A stretch of 64,000 nucleotides of DNA from an uncultured delta proteobacterium (GTDB taxonomy: Bacteria > Myxococcota_A > Polyangia > Polyangiales > Polyangiaceae): the NCBI GenBank assembly GCA_963806225.1, contig CAWDXG010000004.1, positions 5,248,001-5,312,000 on the forward strand. Reading direction: 5' to 3'. The translations under genes were made by a program, and so were the position numbers. Position 1 is the first letter of the stretch. Every line of letters begins with the position of its first letter. The notes under the pieces are model-generated. The model saw only the letters and a list, made by a program, of their open reading frames with translations, made no database searches and was not told the origin of the DNA. Below, piece by piece: positions 1 through 9,215 of the stretch.

Positions 1-103
1 TGGATGAATTCCGGCGCAGTTTGGAATAGACTTCCACCTGTATCTGCTAGTACCCGTTGCTTCAGCTCGCGGTGAGGCTGTCAGGCCCCCGCGGGAGTAT
101 CCG

Positions 104-769
104 ATGTCTTCTGGCTCGAGATTCCGGCTTACCGTTAGGAGTGCTGCGTGCGTCGCGGGGCTCTTTCTGGTGGCGTGCGGCTCGGCCAACCAGAACGAGG
201 ACAGCTACTGGACGCCGGCGCCGGACCTGGGCGGGGCCAGCCTGGCCAAGGACGCGGGCGGTGGTGCGGGCGGCAGCGCAGGGGCGGCAGGCGCTGGCGG
301 CAGCGGGGGACAGGTCAATCCGCAGCCGACCGGCAGCGTGACCTTCACGGTGCAGACGAAGAGCTACGGCGGGCGCTACGGGCCGCGCAACGTGGGTGCG
401 ATCTGGGTGGAGACGAAGAGCGGCAAGTTCGTCAAGACGCTGACCGAATGGGGCTACTTCCGCTACGGGAACCTGGTGAAGTGGCGCGCCGACACGAACT
501 TCAACAAGGTCGACGCGATCACGTCGGCCACTGCGTTCTCGGCGACTACGCACACGGGCAAGTGGGACTACACGGACGTGAACGGCCACGGAGTTGCTGA
601 CGGCCAGTACCAGTTCGTCGTCGAGTTCACCGAGGACGATTCCGCGCTCTCCTTCATCCAGGCTGGTCCGTGGACGTCGGTACCTTTCACGAAGGCGCCG
701 AACCAGAAGGACTTCACGCCGAGCGACGCGAAGTACTTCGTGAACATGTCGGTCAGCTACAAGCAGTGA
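104..769 (+). CDS. DUF2271-family lipoprotein (putative flavinylated protein)
   Basis: Lipobox LVAC, Gly-rich linker, then AIWVETKSGKFVKTL and VDAITSAT motifs typical of DUF2271. Confidence 0.75.
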   Translation: MSSGSRFRLTVRSAACVAGLFLVACGSANQNEDSYWTPAPDLGGASLAKDAGGGAGGSAGAAGAGGSGGQVNPQPTGSVTFTVQTKSYGGRYGPRNVGAIWVETKSGKFVKTLTEWGYFRYGNLVKWRADTNFNKVDAITSATAFSATTHTGKWDYTDVNGHGVADGQYQFVVEFTEDDSALSFIQAGPWTSVPFTKAPNQKDFTPSDAKYFVNMSVSYKQ

Positions 770-783
770 AACCGGTCGCGGCA

Positions 784-1005
784 ATGGGAACCACAATCCG
801 CATCCTGTTCGCGTCGGTGGGCCTCGTGCTCGCCGTGCTCGCAGGCGGCTGCGCCCACGTGGCGCCCTACGAGCGCGGGCAGCTCGCGCGCCCGGACATG
901 GTGGCGGGAGACTTGGCGGGCAGCGGCGCAGAGCACGTGCGCGCCGTGCGCGAGGGGGCCAGCGGGGGCAGCATCGGGCCGGAGAGCGGCTGCGGCTGCA
1001 ACTGA
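784..1005 (+). CDS. DUF4266-family small lipoprotein
   Basis: ATG at 784; AGGC lipobox, VAPYERGQLARPDM, C-terminal REGASGG...GCGCN; located directly before DUF3570. Confidence 0.85.
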   Translation: MGTTIRILFASVGLVLAVLAGGCAHVAPYERGQLARPDMVAGDLAGSGAEHVRAVREGASGGSIGPESGCGCN

Positions 1006-1017
1006 CGAGCACACTGG

Positions 1018-2239
1018 ATGCCCGCGGTTCGTTGCCCTTCCCTGCGCGTCGTGGCGGTGGTGTTCGGGGTGCTGTTCCTGGTCCCAGGTTCGGCCTCGGC
1101 AGAGGGACCACGCGACGAAGCTTCGAGCGCATCGGGCGTGGCGGTCGGCGCCGCCACCGAGGTCTCGGCCTACGGCGACTCGGACCACGTCGGCGTGGTC
1201 ACGCCGGAGGCGTCTATCAGCGTCACGAGCCCGAGCACGGGCTGGTCCGGCTCGGGCAGCTATCTAGTGGACATGATCTCGGCGGCGTCGGTCGACATCG
1301 TGTCGACGGCGTCGCAGAGCTGGCACGAAGTGCGGCACGCGGGAAACGTCAGCGTCGGCTACAAGCCGCATGACTTCGGCGTGCAGCTGGCCGGCGCGAT
1401 CTCCAGCGAGCCGGACTATCTGTCGCTGACCGGCGGCGGCACGCTAACGTTCGACTTCGACCAGAAGAACTACACGGCCCTGTTCGGCTATGCCTACGGT
1501 CACGACACGGCGGGCGTCACGGGCACGCCGTTCAGCGTGTTCTCGTTGAAGCTCGCCCGCCACTCGTTCAACGCGGGCCTGGACATCACGCTGGACCGGA
1601 GCACCCTGCTGGTCCTCATCGGCGACCTCGTCATCGAAAGCGGCGACCAGTCCAAGCCCTACCGCTACATCCCGATGTTCGCTCCGGACGTCGCGCCTAC
1701 GATCCCCAACGGCTTGAACGTGGACAGGGTCAACACGCCTGCGTCTGCCCGAGCGCCCGCGCGAGCAGTTGCCGCTGAACCGGGAGCGGGCCTCGTTGAC
1801 CGCGCGCATCGCCCACCACATGGCAAGCGGAACGGTCCGGGGCAGCGAAAGGCTGTACGCCGACAGCTGGGGCCTCGAGGCGTCCACGACCGATGCGCGC
1901 TATCTCTTCCAGGTGGGCCGCCGCTTCCTGATCGGACCGCATGTGCGCGCACACCTCCAGTCGGCGGTGTCGTTCTGGCAGCGCGCATACGTCTCCCGGT
2001 ACGACCCGAACGGGAAATGGACCGTGCCCCGCTACCGTACCGGCGATCGCGAGCTGGGGCCGATGGCGGCCTTCACCCTGGGCGGCTCCGCCGCCTACTA
2101 CTTCGGGCGCGCGCCGCTGGACCGCGCGTGGCACTTGTCGCTCGATCTCGAAGGCTCGCAGGACCTCTACTTCGACGACCTGTACATGACGTCCCGTGTT
2201 GCCGGGCTGTCGGCGTTGAACTTCGGGGGGACCTTCTGA
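1018..2239 (+). CDS. DUF3570-family outer-membrane beta-barrel-like protein (frameshift near 1736)
   Basis: VDMISAASVDIVSTAS, SSEPDYLS and QSKPYRY motifs; continues in another frame as LRLPERPREQLPLNR...YADSWG...GDRELGPM and ends in Phe. Confidence 0.8.
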
Positions 2240-2765
2240 TGGCGCGGCTCTGGAGGCTCGTGATCGCGTTTGTCGTGTGCGCTGGGCGCGGTCGCGTGCG
2301 GCAACCCGGTGCAGGATAACCTCAGGGAAAGCCTGGGCCACGAGGACCCGAACGTGCCGCGTGGCCCGCTGCATCGGCCCGGTCAGCCCTGCCTCGTCTG
2401 TCACAGCAGCGCGGGGGGCGTGGAGCCGTACATGTCTCGTTGGCGGCACTGTCTTCCAGTTGAACGCGAACACGCTGCCGGCGGCCGACGTGCTCCTCGA
2501 GCTGGTCGACTCGAAGAACCGGGTCCACAAGGTCGCCACCAACTGCGCCGGCAATTTCTACGTCCAGGAGCAGGACTTCCAGCCCGTCTGGCCGATGAAA
2601 GTCACCCTCGCATACGGCAACTTGCATTCCTACACACACCAGACGTGGATATACCGCGAGGGATCCTGTGCCGGCTGCCACACCGACCCCGCGACCGCGA
2701 CCAGCCCGGGACACGTCTACGTCACGAACGACGACACTGTGAAATTCGGTCAGGGGTGCCCATGA
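2239..2765 (+). CDS. Putative diheme c-type cytochrome lipoprotein (two apparent frameshifts, near 2280 and 2436)
   Basis: ATG overlaps the upstream TGA; signal peptide joins AVAC lipobox across a shift; HRPGQPCLVCH (2390-2404) and SCAGCH (2667-2681) with TNCAGNFY between. Confidence 0.7.
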
Positions 2766-3274
2766 GACGCTTGTCGTGGGTCAGCGTTCTCCTGGCGGCG
2801 CTGCTCGCTGCCGGCTGCTCGGGGCCCGCCACGGGCGAGACCGACATCGCGGAGCCGACCCATTTGCACTTCAAGGACGTGGCCGACGCGCTCGGCTACA
2901 ACTGCGGCACGCTCGACTGCCACGGCCAGCAGGGCCGCAACCTGCGCGTCTGGAGCAAGTACGGGATGAGGATCCCCGTGGGGGATGCCGGGGCAGTGCC
3001 CGGCAGCGGCGAGACTTCGGATGCGGAGGCCGAGAAGACGTATCGCTCCGTCGTCGGCCTGGAGCCCGAGATCATGAGCCAGGTGGTTCAGGACAAGGGG
3101 AAGCATCCCGAGCGCCTCACGATGATTCGCAAGGCGCGCGGCACCGAGGCGCACAAGGGTCTCAAGCGCATGAGCGCCGGCGACAAGCTGGACCGCTGCA
3201 TCACCAGCTGGCTTGCCGGACAGGTGAACGTGCAGGTCTGTACGGACCGTGACGTGGCGCCGCCCCTGAATTGA
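2762..3274 (+). CDS. Lipoprotein with CX4CH putative heme motif
   Basis: ATGA overlap; LAAGC lipobox; CGTLDCH (2903-2923); later KARG..HKG and CITSWL, like myxobacterial cytochrome-like proteins. Confidence 0.65.
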   Translation: MRRLSWVSVLLAALLAAGCSGPATGETDIAEPTHLHFKDVADALGYNCGTLDCHGQQGRNLRVWSKYGMRIPVGDAGAVPGSGETSDAEAEKTYRSVVGLEPEIMSQVVQDKGKHPERLTMIRKARGTEAHKGLKRMSAGDKLDRCITSWLAGQVNVQVCTDRDVAPPLN

Positions 3275-3279
3275 CCCAG

Positions 3280-4044
3280 ATGGCTTTCGCTTCCACATCC
3301 CGCGTCCGCGGAGCACTGCTCGCCGCGCTCCCCATCGCGCTCCTGTTCGCGAGCCGTTCTGCGCACGCCGAGCCCAGCCATGGCGTCCGGCTCGCGCCGA
3401 GTCTGTCGCTCGCCCAGGACTTCCTCTGGGCCGGTGGCACGGACGTGTGCACCGAGAAGAGCCAGGTGAACTTCGGCTGGTCGTGCTTCCGGAAGCAGGG
3501 CACGCAGTACCACGGCACTCCGGTGGAAGGCGTCAAGGACGCCGTGTCGTCGGGCTTTGCCGTGGCAACGACGCGGCTCTTGCTCGGGCTCGACGTGATG
3601 CCGCTCGACCAGCTCGGTCTGGGCGTGCGGATGGGGTACGCCTTCGGTGGCAGCCCGCGCACCGACGGGGGCCACCGCTTCCTGCATCTCCACCTCGAAG
3701 GCCGCGTCAGCTACTGGCTCGGACAGGCATATCCCGAGCACGGGATCGCGCCGTTCGCGTTCGCCGGCGGGGGTGTGGGCGAAGTCGACGCGCGCTACCC
3801 GGTAGACGTGAAAGAGAACCGCTCGGTGCCGCCGCCTCCCGAACAGCTCGACAACCCCGACTACCAGACGCTGGACGTCTACAAGAAGCTCGGGACGGGA
3901 TTCGCCAGCTTCGGTCTGGGCGGCTACTACGGTTTCGGGCCGGGTGGCGGCATCCTGCTTTCGGGCAAGGGCATGATGCTGTTCCCGTCTTCCGGTTTCG
4001 CCGCCGAGCTGGAGCTGGGCTACGCCGTCGGGATCGGGCTCTAG
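3280..4044 (+). CDS. Secreted/outer-membrane beta-barrel-like protein
   Basis: Signal peptide ending AHA; amphipathic beta strands (LGVRMGYAF, HLEGRVSYW, ELELGYAVGI). Confidence 0.6.
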   Translation: MAFASTSRVRGALLAALPIALLFASRSAHAEPSHGVRLAPSLSLAQDFLWAGGTDVCTEKSQVNFGWSCFRKQGTQYHGTPVEGVKDAVSSGFAVATTRLLLGLDVMPLDQLGLGVRMGYAFGGSPRTDGGHRFLHLHLEGRVSYWLGQAYPEHGIAPFAFAGGGVGEVDARYPVDVKENRSVPPPPEQLDNPDYQTLDVYKKLGTGFASFGLGGYYGFGPGGGILLSGKGMMLFPSSGFAAELELGYAVGIGL

Positions 4045-4050
4045 CGGCCG

Positions 4051-4440
4051 TCAGCTGTGCGGAATGCGCACGTCGTCCGACGTGCCGAGGTGACCGTCCC
4101 GGCCGGCGGAGCGGACCATGACACTCTTGTCATCGCAGCTCACGCGATAGCGATTGCCCCACGGATCCGAGGCCGTCGCGCTGGCCGGTAGCACCTTGTC
4201 GAGCTCGAGCTGACTGATCGTCGGACAGCCGGCTCCGTTGTCGGTCTGCCACTCCACCACGGCGTCGTGGATCACCTGCGCGCTCTTCTCGGCGGCATTC
4301 GTGCGCTCGGCGTCGAGCTTCGGCTTGATCCATAGCGTTGCCCCGCCTGCCACGAGCGCGACCAGCGCGGCAACGGCACCGACCTCGACCAGCGTGACGC
4401 CGCGGAGGGCGCGGCGGGGGGAGCGATGCTTCGAGTGCAT
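4051..4440 (-). CDS. Prepilin-type GspG-like pseudopilin
   Basis: Prepilin cleavage motif RGVTLVEV plus hydrophobic helix; T2SSG-type DPWGNRY...SAGRDGHLGTSDD. Confidence 0.85.
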   Translation of the reverse strand: MHSKHRSPRRALRGVTLVEVGAVAALVALVAGGATLWIKPKLDAERTNAAEKSAQVIHDAVVEWQTDNGAGCPTISQLELDKVLPASATASDPWGNRYRVSCDDKSVMVRSAGRDGHLGTSDDVRIPHS

Positions 4441-4452
4441 ATGGACAGCCCA

Positions 4453-4468
4453 AGCAAACCGCGTGCCC
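4453..4468 (-). promoter_or_regulatory. Putative sigma54 (-24/-12) promoter of the pseudopilin gene
   Basis: Minus strand reads GGGCAC-GCGGT-TTGCT, against consensus TGGCAC-N5-TTGC. Confidence 0.5.
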
Positions 4469-4796
4469 TCCCGTGCCTAGCGTGGAACCGGCGGGAATCA
4501 TTGAGCTCACCCAGCCAGCGCCCGGAGGTGGCCGCGTCAATCTGGCCACGGGGAGCTGGAGCCAGCGGTCCACGCTGACAAGTTGTCACCGGAAGTGGGC
4601 GTGATCGTGATCAGGCCCTGGGCAAAATTGACTATGGCCATCTGCCTCGGGTGGGGTGATTCTGCTTGCGGGACGCGCGTGGAAAGCCGGGCGGGGGCAG
4701 CTGGAGGAGCGTGCAGAGGGGGCTGACGTTCCGACACACCGACCTTCCACGCGCTTCCCGCCATTTTCCGTCGTCCCGCCTGCTTGGGGCGACCGC

Positions 4797-5261
4797 TCAG
4801 CCGACGACGCGCCCGGAGACCCCCTCCAGACGGCGCTTGGCTTCTCTCCGCAGAAAGTCGAGCGCCTTCAGGCGCGTCTCGGCATCGGCCGCCGCGTCTG
4901 CGAGCGGATAGAGCGTCCGATCCTCGCGTTCGGCGTGCGCTCGCAGCGTGGCGATCAGCTCGTCGACGACATCCTTCCGCAGCGTATGCAGGTCGGCTCG
5001 CACGCCGAGCTCGGCGACCAGCCGGCGGATGCGATCGTGCTCTTCCTCGATCCCCTGCACCTCCGCGGCGTGATCCTTCTCAAGTAGTGGCAGGATGTAG
5101 CGCTCCTCGGCATCGAAGTGTGCCAACAGGCCGCTCTCGAATCTGGACCACATCTGCTGGATGGTGGGCTCGTCCGCGCCCTCGACGGTGTCGACGAGCT
5201 CTCCGAACAGAGCTTCGAGCCGGGTGTGGTCGGCGCGCAGCTCCTCTTGTATCTGGGCCAT
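4797..5261 (-). CDS. Hemerythrin/HHE cation-binding domain protein
   Basis: DH...HFDAEE...EEH...HAEREDRTLYP pattern. Confidence 0.85.
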   Translation of the reverse strand: MAQIQEELRADHTRLEALFGELVDTVEGADEPTIQQMWSRFESGLLAHFDAEERYILPLLEKDHAAEVQGIEEEHDRIRRLVAELGVRADLHTLRKDVVDELIATLRAHAEREDRTLYPLADAAADAETRLKALDFLRREAKRRLEGVSGRVVG

Positions 5262-5375
5262 GGCAGAAACGTTGGTCCGCCGCGGCTCGCCCGCCAGTGG
5301 ATAACCAACAACCGTCAGGTCCCCCTGGGCCCCGGCTTGCGGCTCCGGGCGCCGCGGTTCTAGCGTGAAGGCCAA

Positions 5376-5909
5376 ATGTCGGGCGCTGGCGCCGGGAAGG
5401 CGCGCGAAGTACGGGAAGTGATGGACGCGTTCCGCCGCGTTGTTCGGGAGCTGCGCCTCAGCGGCGGCCAGGTCGAGCGCAAGCTCGGCATCAGCTCTGC
5501 CCAGCTGTTCGTCCTGCACGAACTGGGGAACAGCCCGGGCTGCTCCATCGGCGAAGTCGCCGAGCGCACGCACACCGATCAGAGTTCGGTGTCGACCGTG
5601 GTCAGCCGGCTCGTCTCGGCAGGTCTCGTAAAGCGCGAGGCCTCCGCGGAGGACGGGCGCCGAGCGGAGTTGAGGCTCACCACTCGCGGCAAGGCGTTGC
5701 TCCGGCGCGCTCCCGGAACCGCGCAGGAGCGCATGGTCAAGGCGCTCGCCGGCCTGCCCGCACGCGAACGCCATGTGCTCGCTCGTTCGTTGACCCAGCT
5801 CGTCGACGAGATGGGTGCGGTCAACGGGTCTGCTCCGCGAGCCACGCGCGGCGCCCCGAAGCGCACGGGCGCCCGCAAGAAGAAGAAGAAGAAGAACTAC
5901 GCCAGGTAG
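5376..5909 (+). CDS. MarR-family transcriptional regulator
   Basis: ISSAQLFVL, DQSSVSTVVSRLVSAGLV, EDGRRAELRLTTRG. Confidence 0.9.
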   Translation: MSGAGAGKAREVREVMDAFRRVVRELRLSGGQVERKLGISSAQLFVLHELGNSPGCSIGEVAERTHTDQSSVSTVVSRLVSAGLVKREASAEDGRRAELRLTTRGKALLRRAPGTAQERMVKALAGLPARERHVLARSLTQLVDEMGAVNGSAPRATRGAPKRTGARKKKKKKNYAR

Positions 5910-5916
5910 CGTCCGG

Positions 5917-6579
5917 TCAGCTGCGTTCGAGCGCCTGCGATAGGAACGCGGTGACGCGTTCGGCGAGGTTCGCGATGCCGCCGGATGGTGCGCGTAGGTG
6001 GCCGTCCAGCCACAAGAGCGCGAGGCCGTGGACAACCGACCAGGCCGCGGTCGTCACGACGGAGAGTTGCTGCTCGTCGACGGGGCCCTTCTGTCGCGCC
6101 ACGGCTTCGCTCGCCGTGTCGACGAGGACCTGGAACGCCGCTCGCGAGCTTCGCTCCAGCTCCGGCGATTCGCTTCGCGGCAGCTCGGGCCCGAACATGA
6201 TCCGGAACAGCGGAGCGTGCTCCGCGGCGAACCGCACGTACGCGACGCCCGCGGCATTGAGCCGCGCCCGCGGCTCGGCTCCCGCGGCGTCGGCCGCGCG
6301 CTGCATGGCAGCCCCGAGCTCGTCGAACCCCTCGGCGGCCACGGCGGCGAGCAGCTCGCGCTTGTCGGAAAAGTGGTGGAGCGGTGCGGCGTGGGATACG
6401 CCGAGCCGGCGCGCGACGCCGCGCAGGCTGAGTGCCGCGGCGCCCTGCTCGGCGATGATCTGTTGCGAGGCGTCGATCAGCGCGCGGCGCAGGTCGCCGT
6501 GATGGTAGCGACCGCGGGGTTTCTTCCCCGCCTCGCTCTTTCCGGAAGTCCGGCGGTTCACCTGGGTGGAGGGAGCCAT
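5917..6579 (-). CDS. TetR/AcrR-family regulator (WHG-type C-terminus)
   Basis: YHHGDLRRAL, LSLRGVARRLGVSHAAPLHHF, WSVVHGLA. Confidence 0.92.
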   Translation of the reverse strand: MAPSTQVNRRTSGKSEAGKKPRGRYHHGDLRRALIDASQQIIAEQGAAALSLRGVARRLGVSHAAPLHHFSDKRELLAAVAAEGFDELGAAMQRAADAAGAEPRARLNAAGVAYVRFAAEHAPLFRIMFGPELPRSESPELERSSRAAFQVLVDTASEAVARQKGPVDEQQLSVVTTAAWSVVHGLALLWLDGHLRAPSGGIANLAERVTAFLSQALERS

Positions 6580-6583
6580 GGGG

Positions 6584-6625
6584 TCTTGACAGTGTCAAGA
6601 TAGGCGCTATCTTGACACTGTCAAG
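6584..6625. promoter_or_regulatory. Double palindromic operator / divergent promoter (likely TetR sites)
   Basis: TCTTGACA-G-TGTCAAGA (6584-6600) and CTTGACA-C-TGTCAAG (6611-6625); 6585-6625 is a perfect 19-bp inverted repeat with a 3-bp spacer. Confidence 0.85.
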
Positions 6626-6654
6626 TTCGGGGCTGTGCCTCGCGTGGAGGGTTC

Positions 6655-8437
6655 ATGAAAAAGAGCGAACGCGCGGATCGATTCCGCAGCCTCGAGCGGG
6701 ACCGCTTCGATGTCGTCGTGGTGGGGGCGGGGATCGGCGGGCTCACGGCCGCCGCGCTGCTGGCGCGGCGCGGCTATTCCGTGCTGGTGCTCGACCAGCA
6801 CTACGTGGCCGGCGGCAACGCCACGGTGTTCCGCCGCCCGGGCTACGAGTTCGACGTCGGCGTGCACTACATCGGCGACTGTGCGCCCGGCGGATCCATC
6901 CCCGGCATCCTGCGCGCCGCCGGCGTCGACGACGTGGAGTTCCGCCCGCTCGATGCCGACGGCTTCGACACGCTGGTCTTCCCGGACTTCACCTTCCAGG
7001 TGCCGCGCGGCATCGACCGCTACCGTGAGCGGCTGCTCGAGCAGTTCCCGCGCGAACGCCGTGGCATCGATCGCTACATCCGCGTGCTCGAGCAGTTCGA
7101 CGCGCTGCAGGGCCTGGCCGTCAAGCCGCGCAAGGCGTGGAAGGTGCTGCCCCGTTCGCTCACCGCGCTCCGCTACGCCACGGCTACGCTCGGGAGCTTC
7201 CTCGATACGTGCACGCGCGACCCGAAGCTTCGCGCAGTGCTGGCCGCCGAGAACGGCGACTACGGCCAGCCGCCGAGCCGCGCGTCGCTGATGCTGCACG
7301 CGGGATTGATGCTGCACTACCTCAAGAGTGGCGGCTACTACCCGGTAGGTGGCGGCCAGGTCATGTCGGACAGGCTCGCCGACTCCATCGAGCGGAACGG
7401 CGGGAAGATCCTGCTCCGCGCCAGAGTGGAACGGATCGTCGTGGAGGACGGTCGCGCCACGGGCGTCGTGCTCTTCAACAAGCACGTTGGCCGGCGCGAG
7501 GTCCGCGCCGGCACGGTCATCGCCAACAGCGATCTCGAAGCGCACACTGCTCGAGCTGGTCGGCCCGGAGGTGCTCTCGCCGCGCACTGCGAAACGCGTG
7601 GGTGACTACGAGATGTCGCCGGCGCTCGGCGTCGTCTATCTCGGCATCCGGGGTGACCTCGCCGCCGAGGGCCTGCCGAATACGAACTACTGGGTCAGCC
7701 GCTCCTACGACTTCGAGCGCATCTACGAAAACACCCGCGCCGGCCGCTTCGACCCGGACCCACTCGTCTACATCTCGATCGCCTCGCTCAAGGATCCGGA
7801 AAACCGCCGCATCGCGCCGCCGGGGATGACCAACCTGCAGCTCATGTCCCTGGCGCCGAGCCAGCCGGAGAGCTGGGGCGTGACGCCTGCCCAGGTCGAG
7901 AGCGGGGCGTACAGCAAGGTCGCGGACTACCAGGAACACAAGGCCCGCTACGCCGCACGCCTGATCGAAGGGGCGGAGCGCGTGCTGCCCGGGCTTCGGG
8001 ATCGCATCGTGATGCAGGAAGTGTCCACGCCGCTCACCCACAGCCGCTACACGCTCTCCAGCGGCGGCACCTCGTACGGGTTGTCGCTGATCCCGTCGCA
8101 GTTCTTCCTCCGTCGCCCCGGAGCCAGGACGGAAATCGAGAACCTGTACCTGTGCGGCGCCAGCACGCGCATGGGGCACGGCATCATGGGCGCGATGATG
8201 GGCGGGCTGGAGGCGGCTTCGCAGCTTGTCGGCCGGCAGATCTACGGGGAAGCCCTGCGCCGCCGCCCGGCGGATGCCGCCCCCGCTACCCCGCCGCGCC
8301 GAACCGCTCGATCAACCCGCGGTGGGCGTCCAGCGCCGGGTCCGGACTCGTCAGTTGTGTCGGACGATAGCCGCTCGACAGCCGGAGAACCCGGACCTGC
8401 CGTCCGTCCACCCGGAAGTGCACCCGCCAATCCTTGA
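6655..8437 (+). CDS. Phytoene desaturase/retinol saturase-like FAD oxidoreductase (frameshift near 7537; true 3' end uncertain, probably near 8290)
   Basis: VVGAGIGG, EFDVGVHYIG, YPVGGGQ; second frame has STPLTHSRY and NLYLCGAST.GHGI; the tail overlaps convergent trmO. Confidence 0.8.
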
Positions 8438-9080
8438 TGGCCAGCCTGAACCCGTCGCCTTCGCGCTTGATGCGCCGGTAGGCATGCGGCAGCGGACCGA
8501 GCGAGAGCGTCTCTACGATGCGGCTTTCGAGGTCTATTTCGTGCTCGTCGACGAGGAACCGGAGCTGGGCCGCTGCCAGCTCGTCGATCTCCACCGCCCA
8601 GCGCTCGACCGGATCACCGGGCGCGGCTCCGGCCTCGGTGTCGAGCCAGCCGTTTCCGGCTTCGGGGATGGCGTCGGTGTAGGCAACGTAGGGCTTGATG
8701 TCGACAACCGGCGTGCCGTCGAGCATGTCGACGTTCAGGATATCCAGCCTCAAGCCCTCCACGCGCTCGAGCTTCACCACGCTCAGGCCGAGCGGGTTCG
8801 GTCGGTGTGGGGCACGGGTGGCGAATGCGCCGCGGCGTACGTGGCTGCGCGGCGGCTGCACCTTCGGGCGCCAGCCGTCATTGAGATGGAACCAGAACAG
8901 CACCCAGATGTATTCCCAGCTTTCGAGGTCCGACAGTGCGTCCTCGAAGTGCCTGCCCGGAAAGAGCTCGATGCTGCCGCGCACACCCTCGGCCGCGCGC
9001 GGTTGCCGCGGTGCATCCACCCGCTCGCTGAACGGTGAGTGCACGATGCCGATGGGCTCCAGCACCAGGACCTGATCCAT
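8286..9080 (-). CDS. trmO: tRNA t6A37 N6-methyltransferase TrmO/TsaA with C-terminal domain
   Basis: PIGIVHSPF, GAFATRAPHRPNPLGLS, DMLDGTPVVDIKPYV. Confidence 0.92.
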   Translation of the reverse strand: MDQVLVLEPIGIVHSPFSERVDAPRQPRAAEGVRGSIELFPGRHFEDALSDLESWEYIWVLFWFHLNDGWRPKVQPPRSHVRRGAFATRAPHRPNPLGLSVVKLERVEGLRLDILNVDMLDGTPVVDIKPYVAYTDAIPEAGNGWLDTEAGAAPGDPVERWAVEIDELAAAQLRFLVDEHEIDLESRIVETLSLGPLPHAYRRIKREGDGFRLAIKDWRVHFRVDGRQVRVLRLSSGYRPTQLTSPDPALDAHRGLIERFGAAG

Positions 9081-9215
9081 GCGACGGTCATAGCGCACGG
9101 CGCCCTCGGCCCCCAGAGCCGGAGCCCGCCAGAGCTGCCCGCGGACCTGCTGGAACGGCGGCTGTAGCCTGCGGGACACAGTTGCCTTTCCGCGTCGGTC
9201 GGTCATGATCCAGAG

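Noticed and set aside
5877..5894. (AAG)6 run at the end of marR as a phase-variation tract
   Set aside because: A triplet repeat that preserves frame and encodes a Lys tail
8286..8560. RelE/ParE-like look of the TrmO C-terminus (YRRIK...FRLAIKDWRVHF)
   Set aside because: TrmO proteins commonly carry a C-terminal domain of this kind; no antitoxin or separate start, so not called a toxin
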